Below are positions 52,719 through 64,000 of a DNA stretch of 64,000 nucleotides, in pieces. Under the pieces are notes generated by a model. The model did no database searches and was not told where the DNA came from. It saw only the letters and a program-made list of their open reading frames with translations. This stretch comes from Octopus vulgaris (Eukaryota), in NCBI GenBank assembly GCA_951406725.2, contig OX597818.1:15066001-15130000 (forward strand). The letters run 5' to 3'. The translations under genes and the position numbers were made by a program. Every line of letters begins with the position of its first letter. Position 1 is the stretch's first letter.

Positions 52719-52722
<4 letters not shown>
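50443..52722 (-). mobile_element. Extremely AT-rich element with internal duplication, PLE-related terminus
   Basis: ~50755-51305 is repeated at ~51500-52052; 52610-52720 matches the reverse complement of 16525-16640; flanked by (ATT)n and (TA)n. Confidence 0.5.
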
Positions 52723-52763
<41 letters not shown>

Positions 52764-52767
<4 letters not shown>

Positions 52768-52945
52768 AATCCAAACATGAACAGGCAAGAAAAAACAACA
52801 ACGTGAGGACGTGGAATAAGTACAGTGTTATTGGACGCTCAGGAAAGGAAAGAAAAGAAAGAGGATTTCACGTTTCGAGCGGGGCTCTTCCTCAGAAATA
52901 TAGAAAAAGTCCAAAGAAGGGAAGACGGGAAAAGAAAATCGCCAC
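52764..52945 (-). mobile_element. Penelope-like pLTR fragment
   Basis: aacaacaacgtgaggac..gtgttattggacgctcaggaa resembles the PLE end at 8440-8490; contains a hammerhead; abuts (TA)n. Confidence 0.6.
52865..52899 (-). ncRNA. Minimal type I hammerhead ribozyme (GUG triplet, probably inactive)
   Basis: Minus strand: attt CTGAGGA a gagc ccc gctc GAAAC GTG aaat. Confidence 0.65.
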
Positions 52946-52970
52946 TCGAACCTGAGACAAAAGATAAATA

Positions 52971-53634
52971 TTAAGATATAAACTCAAATTAGGCAATCAT
53001 ACTCATACACTTATAAATTCGACTTAAAATGTGTATACATGTATTAATGCATATCGACACATATGAATATTTTAAAAAATATTCATAAAATATAAACATA
53101 TAAATATACATAAAAATACATGTAAATAAACCCATGGAAAGAAGTGTGGAAGGAAGTGTAAGAAAAATAGGACTGATAAAACGAGGAATGAAAAATTTTT
53201 TGTACTGAAATTAACAGCGGTTAAGAATTTCAATTAAAAGATCCATAGAGTTCGGTGTGTTTTTTTTTTAAATATAAATGGTATATAAGGTATATAATAC
53301 AGCGAACCTCCTCAAGCTGTATTATATACCTTATGTAAAATTTATATTTTAAAAAAAACACACCGAACTCTATGGGTCTTTCAATTGAAATTCTTAACTG
53401 TTCTTAATTTCAGTACAAAAAAAATTTTCAATTCTCTTTTTCTCACACTTCCTTCCACACATATCCCACATGAGTTTATTTACATGTACTTTTATGTATA
53501 TTTATATATCTATATATTATGAAAAATTTTTTAAGTATTCTTATGGGTCGATATGTATTAATATATGTATTCGCATTTTAAGTCGAATTTATAAATGTAT
53601 CAGTATGATTGCCTAATTTGAGTTTATATCTTAA
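52971..53634. repeat. Fold-back element: ~330-bp diverged inverted arms, 12-nt loop, next to (TA)n
   Basis: ..tataatacagc gaacctcctcaa gctgtattata..; outer ends ttaagatataaactcaaattaggc / gcctaatttgagtttatatcttaa. Confidence 0.85.
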
Positions 53635-53638
53635 TTCT

Positions 53639-53710
<72 letters not shown>

Positions 53711-55829
53711 TCTATATATGTATATATATACAATATATACACAATATATGTATACATATATAAACACACACACACATGTATATACAGACATATATATATG
53801 TGTGTGTAGATATATAGGTTTGTACAAATGCAATTTACAATACTTAACTTAGTGACTTGATCATTATGAGTATCAAAGAATAACGAAATGCCATAGCATC
53901 ATTGAAGATATATAGTGACAGAAATAGCAACGTGTGAAGCATTTTTATATCAAATGTCAACGTCAAAACTCATCGTGACAACCCTACATGCAAATGTCAA
54001 CCAGGCACTGCTGAGAAATATGATATATTAACTCATTATGCTAAATTCTATTTAATTATAAATTATGACAATGAAATGAAGGCCTTTTAAATTACCAAAC
54101 CTTAAGAAACATAGTAGCAGATGTGGAAGTCGAACGCTTTCGCTTTACACTCAACTTCGAGAATAGATACGTTATCTTTTCTGAAAACAATTATCTGTAA
54201 TACCTTAAGTTCACCAACTGGACTGAAACTGCGAGAAATAGTTATTAGGAAAATGAAGATATTTTGTTCCATGTCGTTAAGTCTGTTTACGTTTTGAATT
54301 CACATTACGCTCAGATCCCCTCTGCTATTACATCATTTCAGAATTGATGAAATATCTACTGAGGTCACTCTAGTCGAATGAACCTTAGAATTCGGGGGTT
54401 TACATGTGTGTATGTGACACACAGGCACACACACATATGTGTGCACCTGGTGAGAAAATCAGTTTATCTCTTTATCATTCAGATTACTTTGTCAAATGTA
54501 AGGCTTATCTATTTACGTTGCTTTGAATTCGTCATGCAATTCCTAGTGACTTTGAGATTTCGATGATGTGATTGTCTATTTTTAGAATGACTTTGTCCTG
54601 GAAGTCTAATGAAATGTAGAAATTTAGATATTCTGAGAAGTTAACTCACGTAACTTTCAGGGGGAAATTGTATTTAGCTTGATTAAAGCAATGTAACACA
54701 GAACTAGTCACAGGCATTATCTCTGTCGAGATGCACATACATATATGCATACATAAGTACAAACATACATGCATACGTACATACATACATACAAACACTC
54801 ATAGATGCATACATACATGCATGCATGCATCATCCATCCATCCATACATACATAAAACATGCATGCATGCAGTTAAACATACATACAAATATACATACAT
54901 GTATGCATGCATCTATCCATCCATACATATATACATGCATGCATTCATACATACATACATATATGCAGTCATACATACACACATGCATGCATCCATCCAT
55001 CCTTGCATACATACATGGATGCATGCAGGCGAGAATCCTGATACCCTCTGTGAGAATGGACTGGCCGAACTCGTATAAGTAGCAGCGTGTTTGACTGAGC
55101 AGAGAGATGTGAAATCGCAGGAAGTCGAAAGGTGCCGTTCGTGAGTTCGTAGAGTCGATGAAAATTGTTGAGAAGTTGTTATAGTTCGTCGAGAGTTGAT
55201 TTGGATTGGTTACAGTTGTTGACAGATTATTTGGGAATACCTCAAGTGGAGGCAGTTGGTCTACCTCGTTTCGTAGTATCCTATATTCCACGGTTAAAAG
55301 TTCACGATATAAAAGTGGCATACAGCGCCACGATACAAAAGTGCTGACGAGGATATCTACGATACAACAATTGGCGACGTATATTTTAATTTTACTTTAC
55401 CTTTAACGTTTCTTTCATCTTCGCAATGAATTTGTCATTCTCCAATTTCAATTTTATATCTTGAACAGTTACTGGCTGCTCTCGAATGACGTTACACAAA
55501 ATGTTCTTTTAATTTCATTTTCCGCTCGCAACGCGGCAATCACGGTATCTTCGAATAGTTCCGTATATTTTGGAATTAGCTTCGATATGCAATCCGCATG
55601 GCCTATCTTCTTGGATGATATATACTCCACCTTAAAGTCGTAATTCAACAATATCGTACCCCAGCATTGTAACCTATTTGCAGTATGCGTAGGAATTCCT
55701 TTCTTCGACCCCAAAATTGATAATAATGGTGGGTGATCAGTTTGCAGCCGAAAACTTCTACCGTACAAAAATCTGTGAAATTTCTTCACGGCAAAAATGA
55801 TCACTAGAACTTCTTTCTCTATTTGACTA

Positions 55830-56644
55830 CAGTGATCCCACACTACTTCGCGGTTCAACTATCGCGGATTCACGACTTCGCGGATTTTAAAAATATATAT
55901 ATATGAACACCTAGAGACATCGACGCGTTATTAGATTGCCACTCCCAGCCGCTAACCGACGCAGACCTCGAAGACTTGACGAAGTCGGCCAGCGAAGAAG
56001 AAGAAAAAGAAACGCAGCAAGAAACGGAAGAAGTTGTCGACCAAACTGGCTTGACTTTGGAACGGCTGGCCAAGCTCTGCAACCTGGCTAAAGAATTGAA
56101 AGTGGGGTCATAGGAATGGGACGACAATATGGTTCGATTTGTGCAATTTTGCAACAAGGTCGACGAAGTCATGAATGCCTACAAGATGCTCTTTGAACGG
56201 AAAAAGAAGCAGCGGCACCAACTTCCCATCACAATGTTTTTGCAGCCTCGCAAAAAAGAGCCAGTTCCTGCTGCTACCACTACGGCTGCACCTTCGGAAG
56301 AAGTGGAAGAGGTGTTCCAGGAAAGGGCACCGCTGTCAGCTTCATCATCATCATTTCTACTGTGCAGCAAATTCATCACCATCATCATTCAAATTTTACT
56401 TCAACTTCTTTCGTGTTGAGTAAAGTAACAATCTTTATTTTTTAAATCTAAAGAGTTATTGCTTAACAGTTGTCCTTGTTATTAATATACTGTAATGGGT
56501 GGGTTGTTAATAGTACAGGGAGGGTTTTAAAAGTCCAAATACACGTTAAATATATAGTGTAAATATAGTGTCCCTACATCGCGGAAATTCAGTTTTCGCG
56601 GCCGGTCTCGGAACCAATCTACCGCGATAAACGAGGGATCACTG
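55830..56644 (+). mobile_element. pogo/Tigger-like non-autonomous DNA transposon nested in Gypsy RNase H
   Basis: TIRs CAGTGATCCC/GGGATCACTG, TA TSD; removing it restores KNY-SQIEKE; LLDCHSQPLTDADLE..KKKQRHQLPITMF C-terminus. Confidence 0.9.
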
Positions 56645-58291
56645 TATAGTTATTTTTCTGCCGCTATCAGAGAACGCGAGGTATGAACCACCGCTTACAT
56701 ATTACCGTCTTTATATTTGTGTAGCATTACTGCTCATATACCGTATTCAGAAGCGTCAGAAGATACAACAATCTCCGCTGCCGGATCGAAATGAGCCAGC
56801 GACAAATCCGGTATTAATAAATATTTTTTAATATTGTCAAACGCCTTTTGACAATTCGTTGACCAATTCCACTTCACATTATTTTTTAGCAAATTATGTA
56901 ATGACGTTCTCAATTCATGCATATTTGGCATATAATTTTGATAATAATTTGCTAGACATAGAAAAGCTTGTAAGGTAGTTATATTAGCCGGAAGAATATT
57001 TTTAATTGCGTCTGCCCTCGATGGGTCCGGTCGTCTTCCATTCCTGTCGATAATTTGTCCTTAACACTTAATTTTAGGTAAGAAAAATTCACATTTTTAC
57101 TCACTCAGTGTGAAACAGTAATCTCTTATTTTTTTCAAAAATACATTTTATATGCTCAACATGTTGATCACGAGGTTCACTTTTAATTAATATATCATCC
57201 AGGTGAAAGATTTACACTTCTTAGGCTAAAGGGTGAGCGATATCACATTTCGTGGTAAAATCTGTAAAGCGAATTCACGGTCCGCTAATATTGCATCCAT
57301 AACCTGTTGAAAAATTGCAGGTGCGACCTTTAGACCAAATGGTAATCTGTTATATTTATATAGTTCTTTATGCGTATTCACTGCTTGGAATTTTGAGCAT
57401 TCGTCGTGTACTCCAATTTGTAGGTACGCATCAGAGAGATCCAGTTTCGAAAATATCTTACCCCCGTTTAACTTCGCAAAAATATCCTCCGAAGTAGGTA
57501 GTGGATAGTGATACGTTTTCAGACATTTATTCATGCCAATCGGCACACACCCTGATTTTGTTACACACCGTTGGCGCTGCCCATTTTATATATTTCATCT
57601 TTTTGATAACTCCAGTTTTCTCTAATCTGTTTAATTCGATTCGTCATAGACATATTTTATCGCAGTAAAAGGTACCATTCTCTTTGGTTTGAACACTGGT
57701 ATTGCGTTTTCCTTAGTACACAAAGCTAATTTATCCGACAACACTTCAGGAAAAGCATTAAACATTTTTTTCTTCAATTCCTATGACACCTCATTCTTAT
57801 TGGAGGAACAATCATTTATGTCTTTACAAAACAGAGTTCTGGGGGAGGTCCCATAAATCAAACAATTCCATCCAGTCAGTATCGAACGAGTTTGTTGCGT
57901 TAAAGGTAAAGTAAAATTAAAATATACGTAACACAAATGCGAACCATTTTTCTCTGTGATAATGTGTCGATGTACAAACAGAGTTGTAGTGCCAACCGCA
58001 CTACAATTTCGTGTGTTAAGTGAATTTCATATGGGGTGCCCAGGGGTTTCAAGAATGAAATCAGTAATGAGGAGTTACGCGTATTGGCCAACTACAGACC
58101 GTGATATTGAACAATTGGTGAAATCCTCTAGCAGCAATGTCACCACATATAGATTTTGCTGGACTGATAAACGGCGCTATTATCTAATCATAGTACACAG
58201 CTATACTAGGTGACCGGAGATATGTAAATGTAGTCAACCAACCTCGAAGGTAACAATAAGGTTTCTTCATATACTTTTACGTTATGCGATG

Positions 58292-58744
58292 GGATCTTTT
58301 CGGTTTGAACGGCAGTTTTTAACATAATTTCTAGGTAACTAAAAAATTCTAAACTTCGTATACTGGTATAATGTGTTTATAAAACATCTTTTTCTCTTGG
58401 CTTTATTGAGAAAATTTTATAGTTTGTAAGATATTTGTTGTTTTTTTGTCTTCAATTTCTGCAATTTCAACCAATCTATGACGTCCATTGAGGTAAAAAA
58501 AAAAACCAATCTATGACGTCCATTGAGGTAAAAAAAAAAACCATTCTGTGCCGTATGAATATGTCCCTCGTTCAAGAAACAGATTGGGTTTATTTACATT
58601 TGTGAAGAAAAAAAGATACCCTTCCCCCCACCCCTAACCCTAAAAGAGATTGAAATGCAATAGATCGATACTAGGGTCATAATTATGGGTGACAATTTCA
58701 TATGACACCGCTAGAAAAAACTGCCGTTCAAACCGAAAAGATCC
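58292..58744. mobile_element. MITE with 29-bp TIRs and 8-bp TSD (Merlin-like) nested in Gypsy integrase
   Basis: GGATCTTTTCGGTTTGAACGGCAGTTTTT and its perfect reverse complement; TSD atgcgatg/atacgatg. Confidence 0.85.
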
Positions 58745-60109
58745 ATACGATGTCCCGGACACCATAGCATCGGATAACAGAAGGCAGTTTTCGGGGTACA
58801 AATTTAAAACTTTCCGTGTGAAGTATGCAATCAATCACATCTCTACTCCATCGTACCTCCCGAGTTCAAATGGACAAGCAGAAAGGTTCGTAGACACATT
58901 TAAGCAAACACTAAACAAATCAGAAAAATGAATTAGGCAATGATGCAGCGCTAACTCAGGTCTAAAGGTTTTACAGGGTAACACCTAACCCGAACACATG
59001 TTCAGGCAAGTTGCCCTCAGAGCTAATGTTCACCCGGAAGATGAAACTAATATTTGATAAATTGTTACCTGCAAAAAAACCTTATAAGGAAAACCCAAGA
59101 AACACAACAAAGTATTTTAATGTGGGAGATAAAATACATTTCAAAATATTTAAGAATGGAAGAAAAAGTTGGGAGGACAGTATAGTGACGAAGAGAATAG
59201 GCTGTATGGTGTACATAATAAAAGGTCAAATAGGATATCACAAATGACATTTGAACCAGTTGAAGACTGGACGTACAGAAAAAAAGGGAAGAAATCACGA
59301 TGGAAGTTTTTTTATGACTTGGTCGATATTACAACACCAAAAGCGGTTGAAGCTAGGCGGGCAGCAATATAACACGTAAACAAACAGGACTAGAAATAGT
59401 CCCTAAGCGAAGGAAGTATTAAAATGTCTCAGGAAATTAAAATCTCAAACAAGGGAGAGATGATGATGAAAAATAGAATAAAATTAAATAAACATGTTGC
59501 ACTTTCTACAGAAGTCAAATCTCAAAAGGGGAGATATTATGTCAAGAATCATGACACACCCTGTGAGAATGGACAAGCGGAGCTCATATAAGTAGTAGCG
59601 TGTTTGACTGAGCAGAGTGAGGAGAAATCGCAGGAAGTCGAAAAGTGTCGTTCGTAAAGTTCGTGGAGTCGCAGAAAATTGTTGTTGAGAAGTTGTTATA
59701 ATTCGTTCGGAGTTGTTTTCGATTGGTTACAGTTGTTAGCAGAGTATTTGGGAATACATCAAGCGGAGGCAGTTGGTCTACCTAGTTTCGTAGTATCGTA
59801 TATCCCACAGTTATAAGTCCACGTTATAAAAGTGGCATACAACTCCACGAAGCAAAAGTGACGCCGAGGATATATACGATACAACACATACAAACAAACA
59901 TTCAAACATACATGCATGCATACAAACATACATACATACATGCATACATACATGCAATCATACATTCATGCATGCATGCAATCATGAATGCATGCATGCA
60001 ATCATACATTCATGCATGCATGCAATCATGCATTCATGCATGCATGCAATCATACATACATACATACATACATACATACATACATACATACATACATACA
60101 TACATACAT

Positions 60110-60668
60110 ACATGAAAGGTATGCTTTTGCAATCCAGGAAAAGGAACTATCAACCAAGTAACTGATGCACAAAATTGATGGGGATGCAGGAAAAGAAAAT
60201 GTGACAACCGACGCAGAATTTGTGGAGTTAACACCGAAGATATCACCCACATCATAAGCAATTGTCCGAAAATGTCATCATGGTATTATCTACCGATGAG
60301 ACATGATGTTGTAGCTAGGACATTCTATAATGAAACACGTCGGAAGGATAACCACGAGGACAAATAAATAATAAGCCATAGAGGCTCATAATAAAAAGGA
60401 GTACTGGTGGAATGTCCCAGTGAAGACCTCAATAAACTGTAAGCACAACAGACCCGATGTAATGATTTGGAATAGAGAAGAGAAACTGTGCACAGTTGTA
60501 GAAATCAGCAGCCCAGCAGTTGTTAACATAAAACTGAATATCTGTGAAAAGGAGAATACCTACGCTGAACTGTTGAGAAATCTCTGCAGTTACTCTATCC
60601 AGGCTACATGTTCAGGTTTATACCAGTAATTTTGGGGTCCCTGAGATATGCAACACACTGCCCAAATA
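60110..60668 (+). mobile_element. 3' fragment of an R4/NeSL-like LINE (REL endonuclease)
   Basis: CRICG..EDITHIISNCP..RHDVVA..WWNVPVKT..HNRPDVMIW..VVEIS. Confidence 0.8.
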
Positions 60669-60985
60669 CCAATCGAAACCGCGATCCTCCGACCGCGAGT
60701 CCGCTGCCCTAACCACTGTATTATTTACATAGTATTATTTACATATATTTATTCGTTGCCCGACATCGATATTTCAAAGCGCACCTGTGTTTAAAACACT
60801 TATAGAGTTACGAGTCCGCAGCTAGCTTTTTTGTTGTTGACATATATCTAGTTTCAAAATGCATTATTTTTACAACTATGAGATGTATTGTTTTTGTTAT
60901 GACTTTATCCTTCTATAATCAACAACAAACACATTTCGTCAATATAAAAGTCTTTATTAGATTAAAAATAACATTATCAAAGAAT

Positions 60986-61119
60986 GGTTGTATACTGTCA
61001 ATTTAACGTGACAGTAGGGGATTACACCACCGCTGTTTAACCCTAGGAAGCATCGACGCCTCCGCTAAACAGCGGTGGTGTAATCCCCTACTGTCACGTT
61101 AAATTGACAGTATACAACC
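60986..61119. repeat. Perfect 54-bp inverted repeat with 26-bp spacer
   Basis: 60986-61039 is the exact reverse complement of 61066-61119. Confidence 0.9.
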
Positions 61120-62084
61120 TTTCTATCGCCCCACCACCGTACATATCTCTATGAGATATTTAGAAATTTAATATTTCTAAACATTATCAAAACATGAAGG
61201 AAAAACAAAACAAATATGCTTTGTTTTCTTGCAGACACACCAATGTACTATAGCCGTAGTCTTTCTCGTTGTTCACCAACAGATCTTCCCTCTGAAAAAA
61301 TTAGTGGAATCAGTCGATCTCCATACACAAATGATTTTCCTCCCGAAACTTATAAAAAAAGTACACATATTAGGCGCACCTTTCTATAAGCTGCACTCTA
61401 AATTTTCCAGGTAAAAAATAGCAGCTTATACACTGGAAAATATGATAATTGTAGTGGCAGTGAGAATTTGGTTCGCTAGTTTCTAGTTGATAGTGAAGAA
61501 ATGGTTGTCTGCCAACAGGCAAGAAATGAGTAAAGGAATGCACGATGCTGACTAGAAAGGATAAAGGTGGCATTGTCTTCACTCGACATACGAAAATAAC
61601 AGATTGGTGACATTTAGTAGAGATGATCCTGAAGTTGTTCCTCTTCGATTACTATTGCAAACAACAGTAGCTTTTTTCAACTGAATACACGTCGTTGATT
61701 GGTTAAAATTACCAAAATACGACAACTTTAACACGAAATAACTTCTAAAATAGGAAACTTTTTCAGAAATGATCAAAGTAAACCGTCTTCGGCGTGAGAA
61801 ATTCCACCGGTATATGAAGTTTCAAACTGTTCAGTTAAAAAATATTGATTAACAAAAATCTGTGCCAAACTGAACAGACCCTCTCTCTCTCTCTCCCCTC
61901 TCTCTCTCTCTCCCTCTCTCTCTCTCTCGCTCCCCCCCCTCTCTCTCTCTCTTTGTTTATTTATCTTTTGTCTTTCCTTTTTTACAATCTTAAAATCTGT
62001 CACTGTTCCTCTCTTTAATTCCATGTCTGTTTCTTTCACTCACCCTGCCTCTCTATCTCCCTCTCTTTCTCTCTATGTTTATTC

Positions 62085-62450
62085 GTTCATTCTTTTATTT
62101 GTTTCAATCATTTGACTGCGGCCATGCTGGACCACCGCATTTGGTCAAACAAATCGACCTCAGGACTTATTCTTTGTAAGCCTGGTACTAATTCTATCGG
62201 TTATTCTTCTGAACCACTAAGTTACGCAGACGTAAACATACGAACATCGGTTGTCAGCGATGGTGGGGGTAGAAACACAGACACACATACACATATATAC
62301 ACGACAGGCTTCTTTCAGTTTCTGTCTACCAGATCCACTCACAAGGCTTTGGTCGGCCCAAGAAGACACTTGTCCAATGTGCCACGCAGTGGGACTGAAC
62401 CCGGAACCATGTTGTTGGTAAGCAAGCTACTTACTACACAGCCAGTCCTG
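62085..62450 (-). mobile_element. Full tRNA-derived SINE of the family targeted by the Tx1 LINEs
   Basis: Minus strand ggctgtgtagtaagtagcttgcttaccaacaacatggttccgggttcagtccc..gactgaaac-like tail. Confidence 0.8.
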
Positions 62451-62754
62451 CGCCTCTCTTTCCTTTTTATTTCAATCTCAACACCTGTCACTGTTCCTTT
62501 CATATCTGTTTCTTTCACTCCTTTTTCTCCTCTCTCTATCTCTCTGTCTCTCTCTTTAACTAACACGAAATAACTTTTGTCTAGAAATTGTCTTCAGTGT
62601 ATTTCACATAGTCTTGCGTTTAAATCTATGTCGTTAGGTTTTTCTGTAGGTTCCCACTGGACAATAACACAGTTAGTTCTCATTTTCATTTATTCAATGT
62701 CTAAAGTGAGTTTTGCCACATATACCTAAACATTGACCTCTATGTTTTCACTCT

Positions 62755-63312
62755 CATTTTCTCTCCCTTTAACTTTCTTAGTTTTCATCAAATTCTCTCC
62801 CACATCTCTCACAATTTTTTCTCTTCATTTTCACTTTGTTTCTTTCCTTCTCCCTCTTTCTTTCTTTGTTTCTTTGTTTCTTTATTTCTTTCTTTCTTTC
62901 GTTCTCCCTCTTTCTTTCTTTCTTTCTTTCTTTCTGTCCTTCCTTCTTTCCTTCCTGCCTTCCTTCCTCCTTTCTTTCTCCCTCTTTTTTACTTCCTTCC
63001 TTCTTTTCTTCCTTCCTGCCTTCTTTCTTTCCTTCCTTCTTCATTTCTTTCTTCCTTTCTTTCTTTCCTTTTTCTCCATCCCTCCTTTTTTTCTCCTTCT
63101 GTCTTGCTTTCGTTCTTTCCCTCTTTCTTTCGTTCTTCCTCCCTGTTTATTTATTTATTTCATTCTGTCTTTCCTTCTTTCTTTTTTCCTCCCTCTTTCT
63201 TTCCTCCTCTTTCCTTCCTTTTTCTTTCTCTCTCCTTCCCTCCTTCTTTCTTTCTTTCCTTCTCTCTCCCCCTTTCACTCTTTCTTTCTCCCTCCCTCCT
63301 GCTTTCTTTCTT
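62755..63312. repeat. Polypyrimidine (TTTC/TTCC)n low-complexity tract
   Basis: Direct reading. Confidence 0.95.
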
Positions 63313-64000
63313 TATGTTCGACTAAAGGTGGTGCTCCAACATGGCCACAGTCAAATCACTGAAACAAAAGAATTAAAAAAAACTATGCCGGTTTAATCCG
63401 AGCAACGCCGGGTATCTCCACTCGTATAAACATAAACAAGTCGCTAACTTGGTTATAGGGGAAGTAACTCAACATATTGTCAACGCGATGTGACGTGACT
63501 TAATTCGTCTTTTGTTTAGACTTAGTAGAATCGTTTTTGTTTAGACCCCTTCTTTAAATTACGTTCGGAACTTAATTAGCATCTAAAATATAATTAATAT
63601 ATACGAATTCAAATTATGCAATAGAATGTGTTATATATAAATACGGAGAGAAATAATTAATAAAAAAAAATTATTACTTCCCTCTAATTCCTTAGCAACC
63701 GTATCCCAGAGTAACGACAAACTGGTAGACAACGTCCTTTCAGTTGAGTGAACCAATGTAAGTTATTTCATCTATCTATTTATAAATTCATCATATTGTA
63801 TCACCCGCTTTGTATATTATTTATTTTATATCAGTGTGAATATGTCTTGTAAAGAATATAGATTTTTATGTGGGTCCTATTAAGCTCAGATCAGTTCTGA
63901 TCGAAGAGATTCCGAGCAATCGAGCTGTGATCAACCACCGTCTTTGTTTTCGTGCTTAGTATATATCGGACTACATTGTGTATCTTCGTATGTGGGTGGG

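Larger units (their letters stand above)
55024..59886 (+). mobile_element. Gypsy LTR retrotransposon with both LTRs (~55024-55369, ~59534-59886), gag deleted and RT-RNase H inverted
   Basis: PBS ttggcgacg at 55371; PPT aaaaggggaga at ~59524; minus strand YPLP, KLDLSDAYLQ, RLPFG, DASEYGI, QTDH; plus strand integrase H.GCPG, SDN, SNGQAERFV. Confidence 0.92.

Noticed and set aside
62733-63396. Long hydrophobic F/L/S ORFs resembling membrane proteins
   Set aside because: Translation of a polypyrimidine low-complexity tract.

Overview
Eukaryotic, AT-rich, repeat-dominated DNA with no recognisable intact host gene. The SINE, microsatellite and transposon repertoire is typical of an octopus or other coleoid cephalopod (inference, not a database result). 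It holds decayed R4/Dong-like, RTE, Penelope-like (PLE), L1/Tx1, Gypsy, Tc1/mariner, pogo/Tigger, hAT, Chapaev-like, Merlin-like and Helitron elements. The most interesting signal is a coherent set of site-specific L1/Tx1-type retroelements. All share the 3' motif GTCTGTCCTTGTTTGTCCCCT followed by an A-rich end, lack a poly(A) tail, and sit at defined sites inside other repeats: two LINEs stacked in the head of a tRNA-derived SINE, an ORF1-only element at a Gypsy LTR, and a SINE subfamily that inserts into its own family. A second theme is several type I hammerhead ribozymes (one divergent pair) and long fold-back elements embedded in (TA)n. Three local rearrangements can be reconstructed from the sequence. 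Element boundaries were read by eye and may be off by a few to tens of bases.
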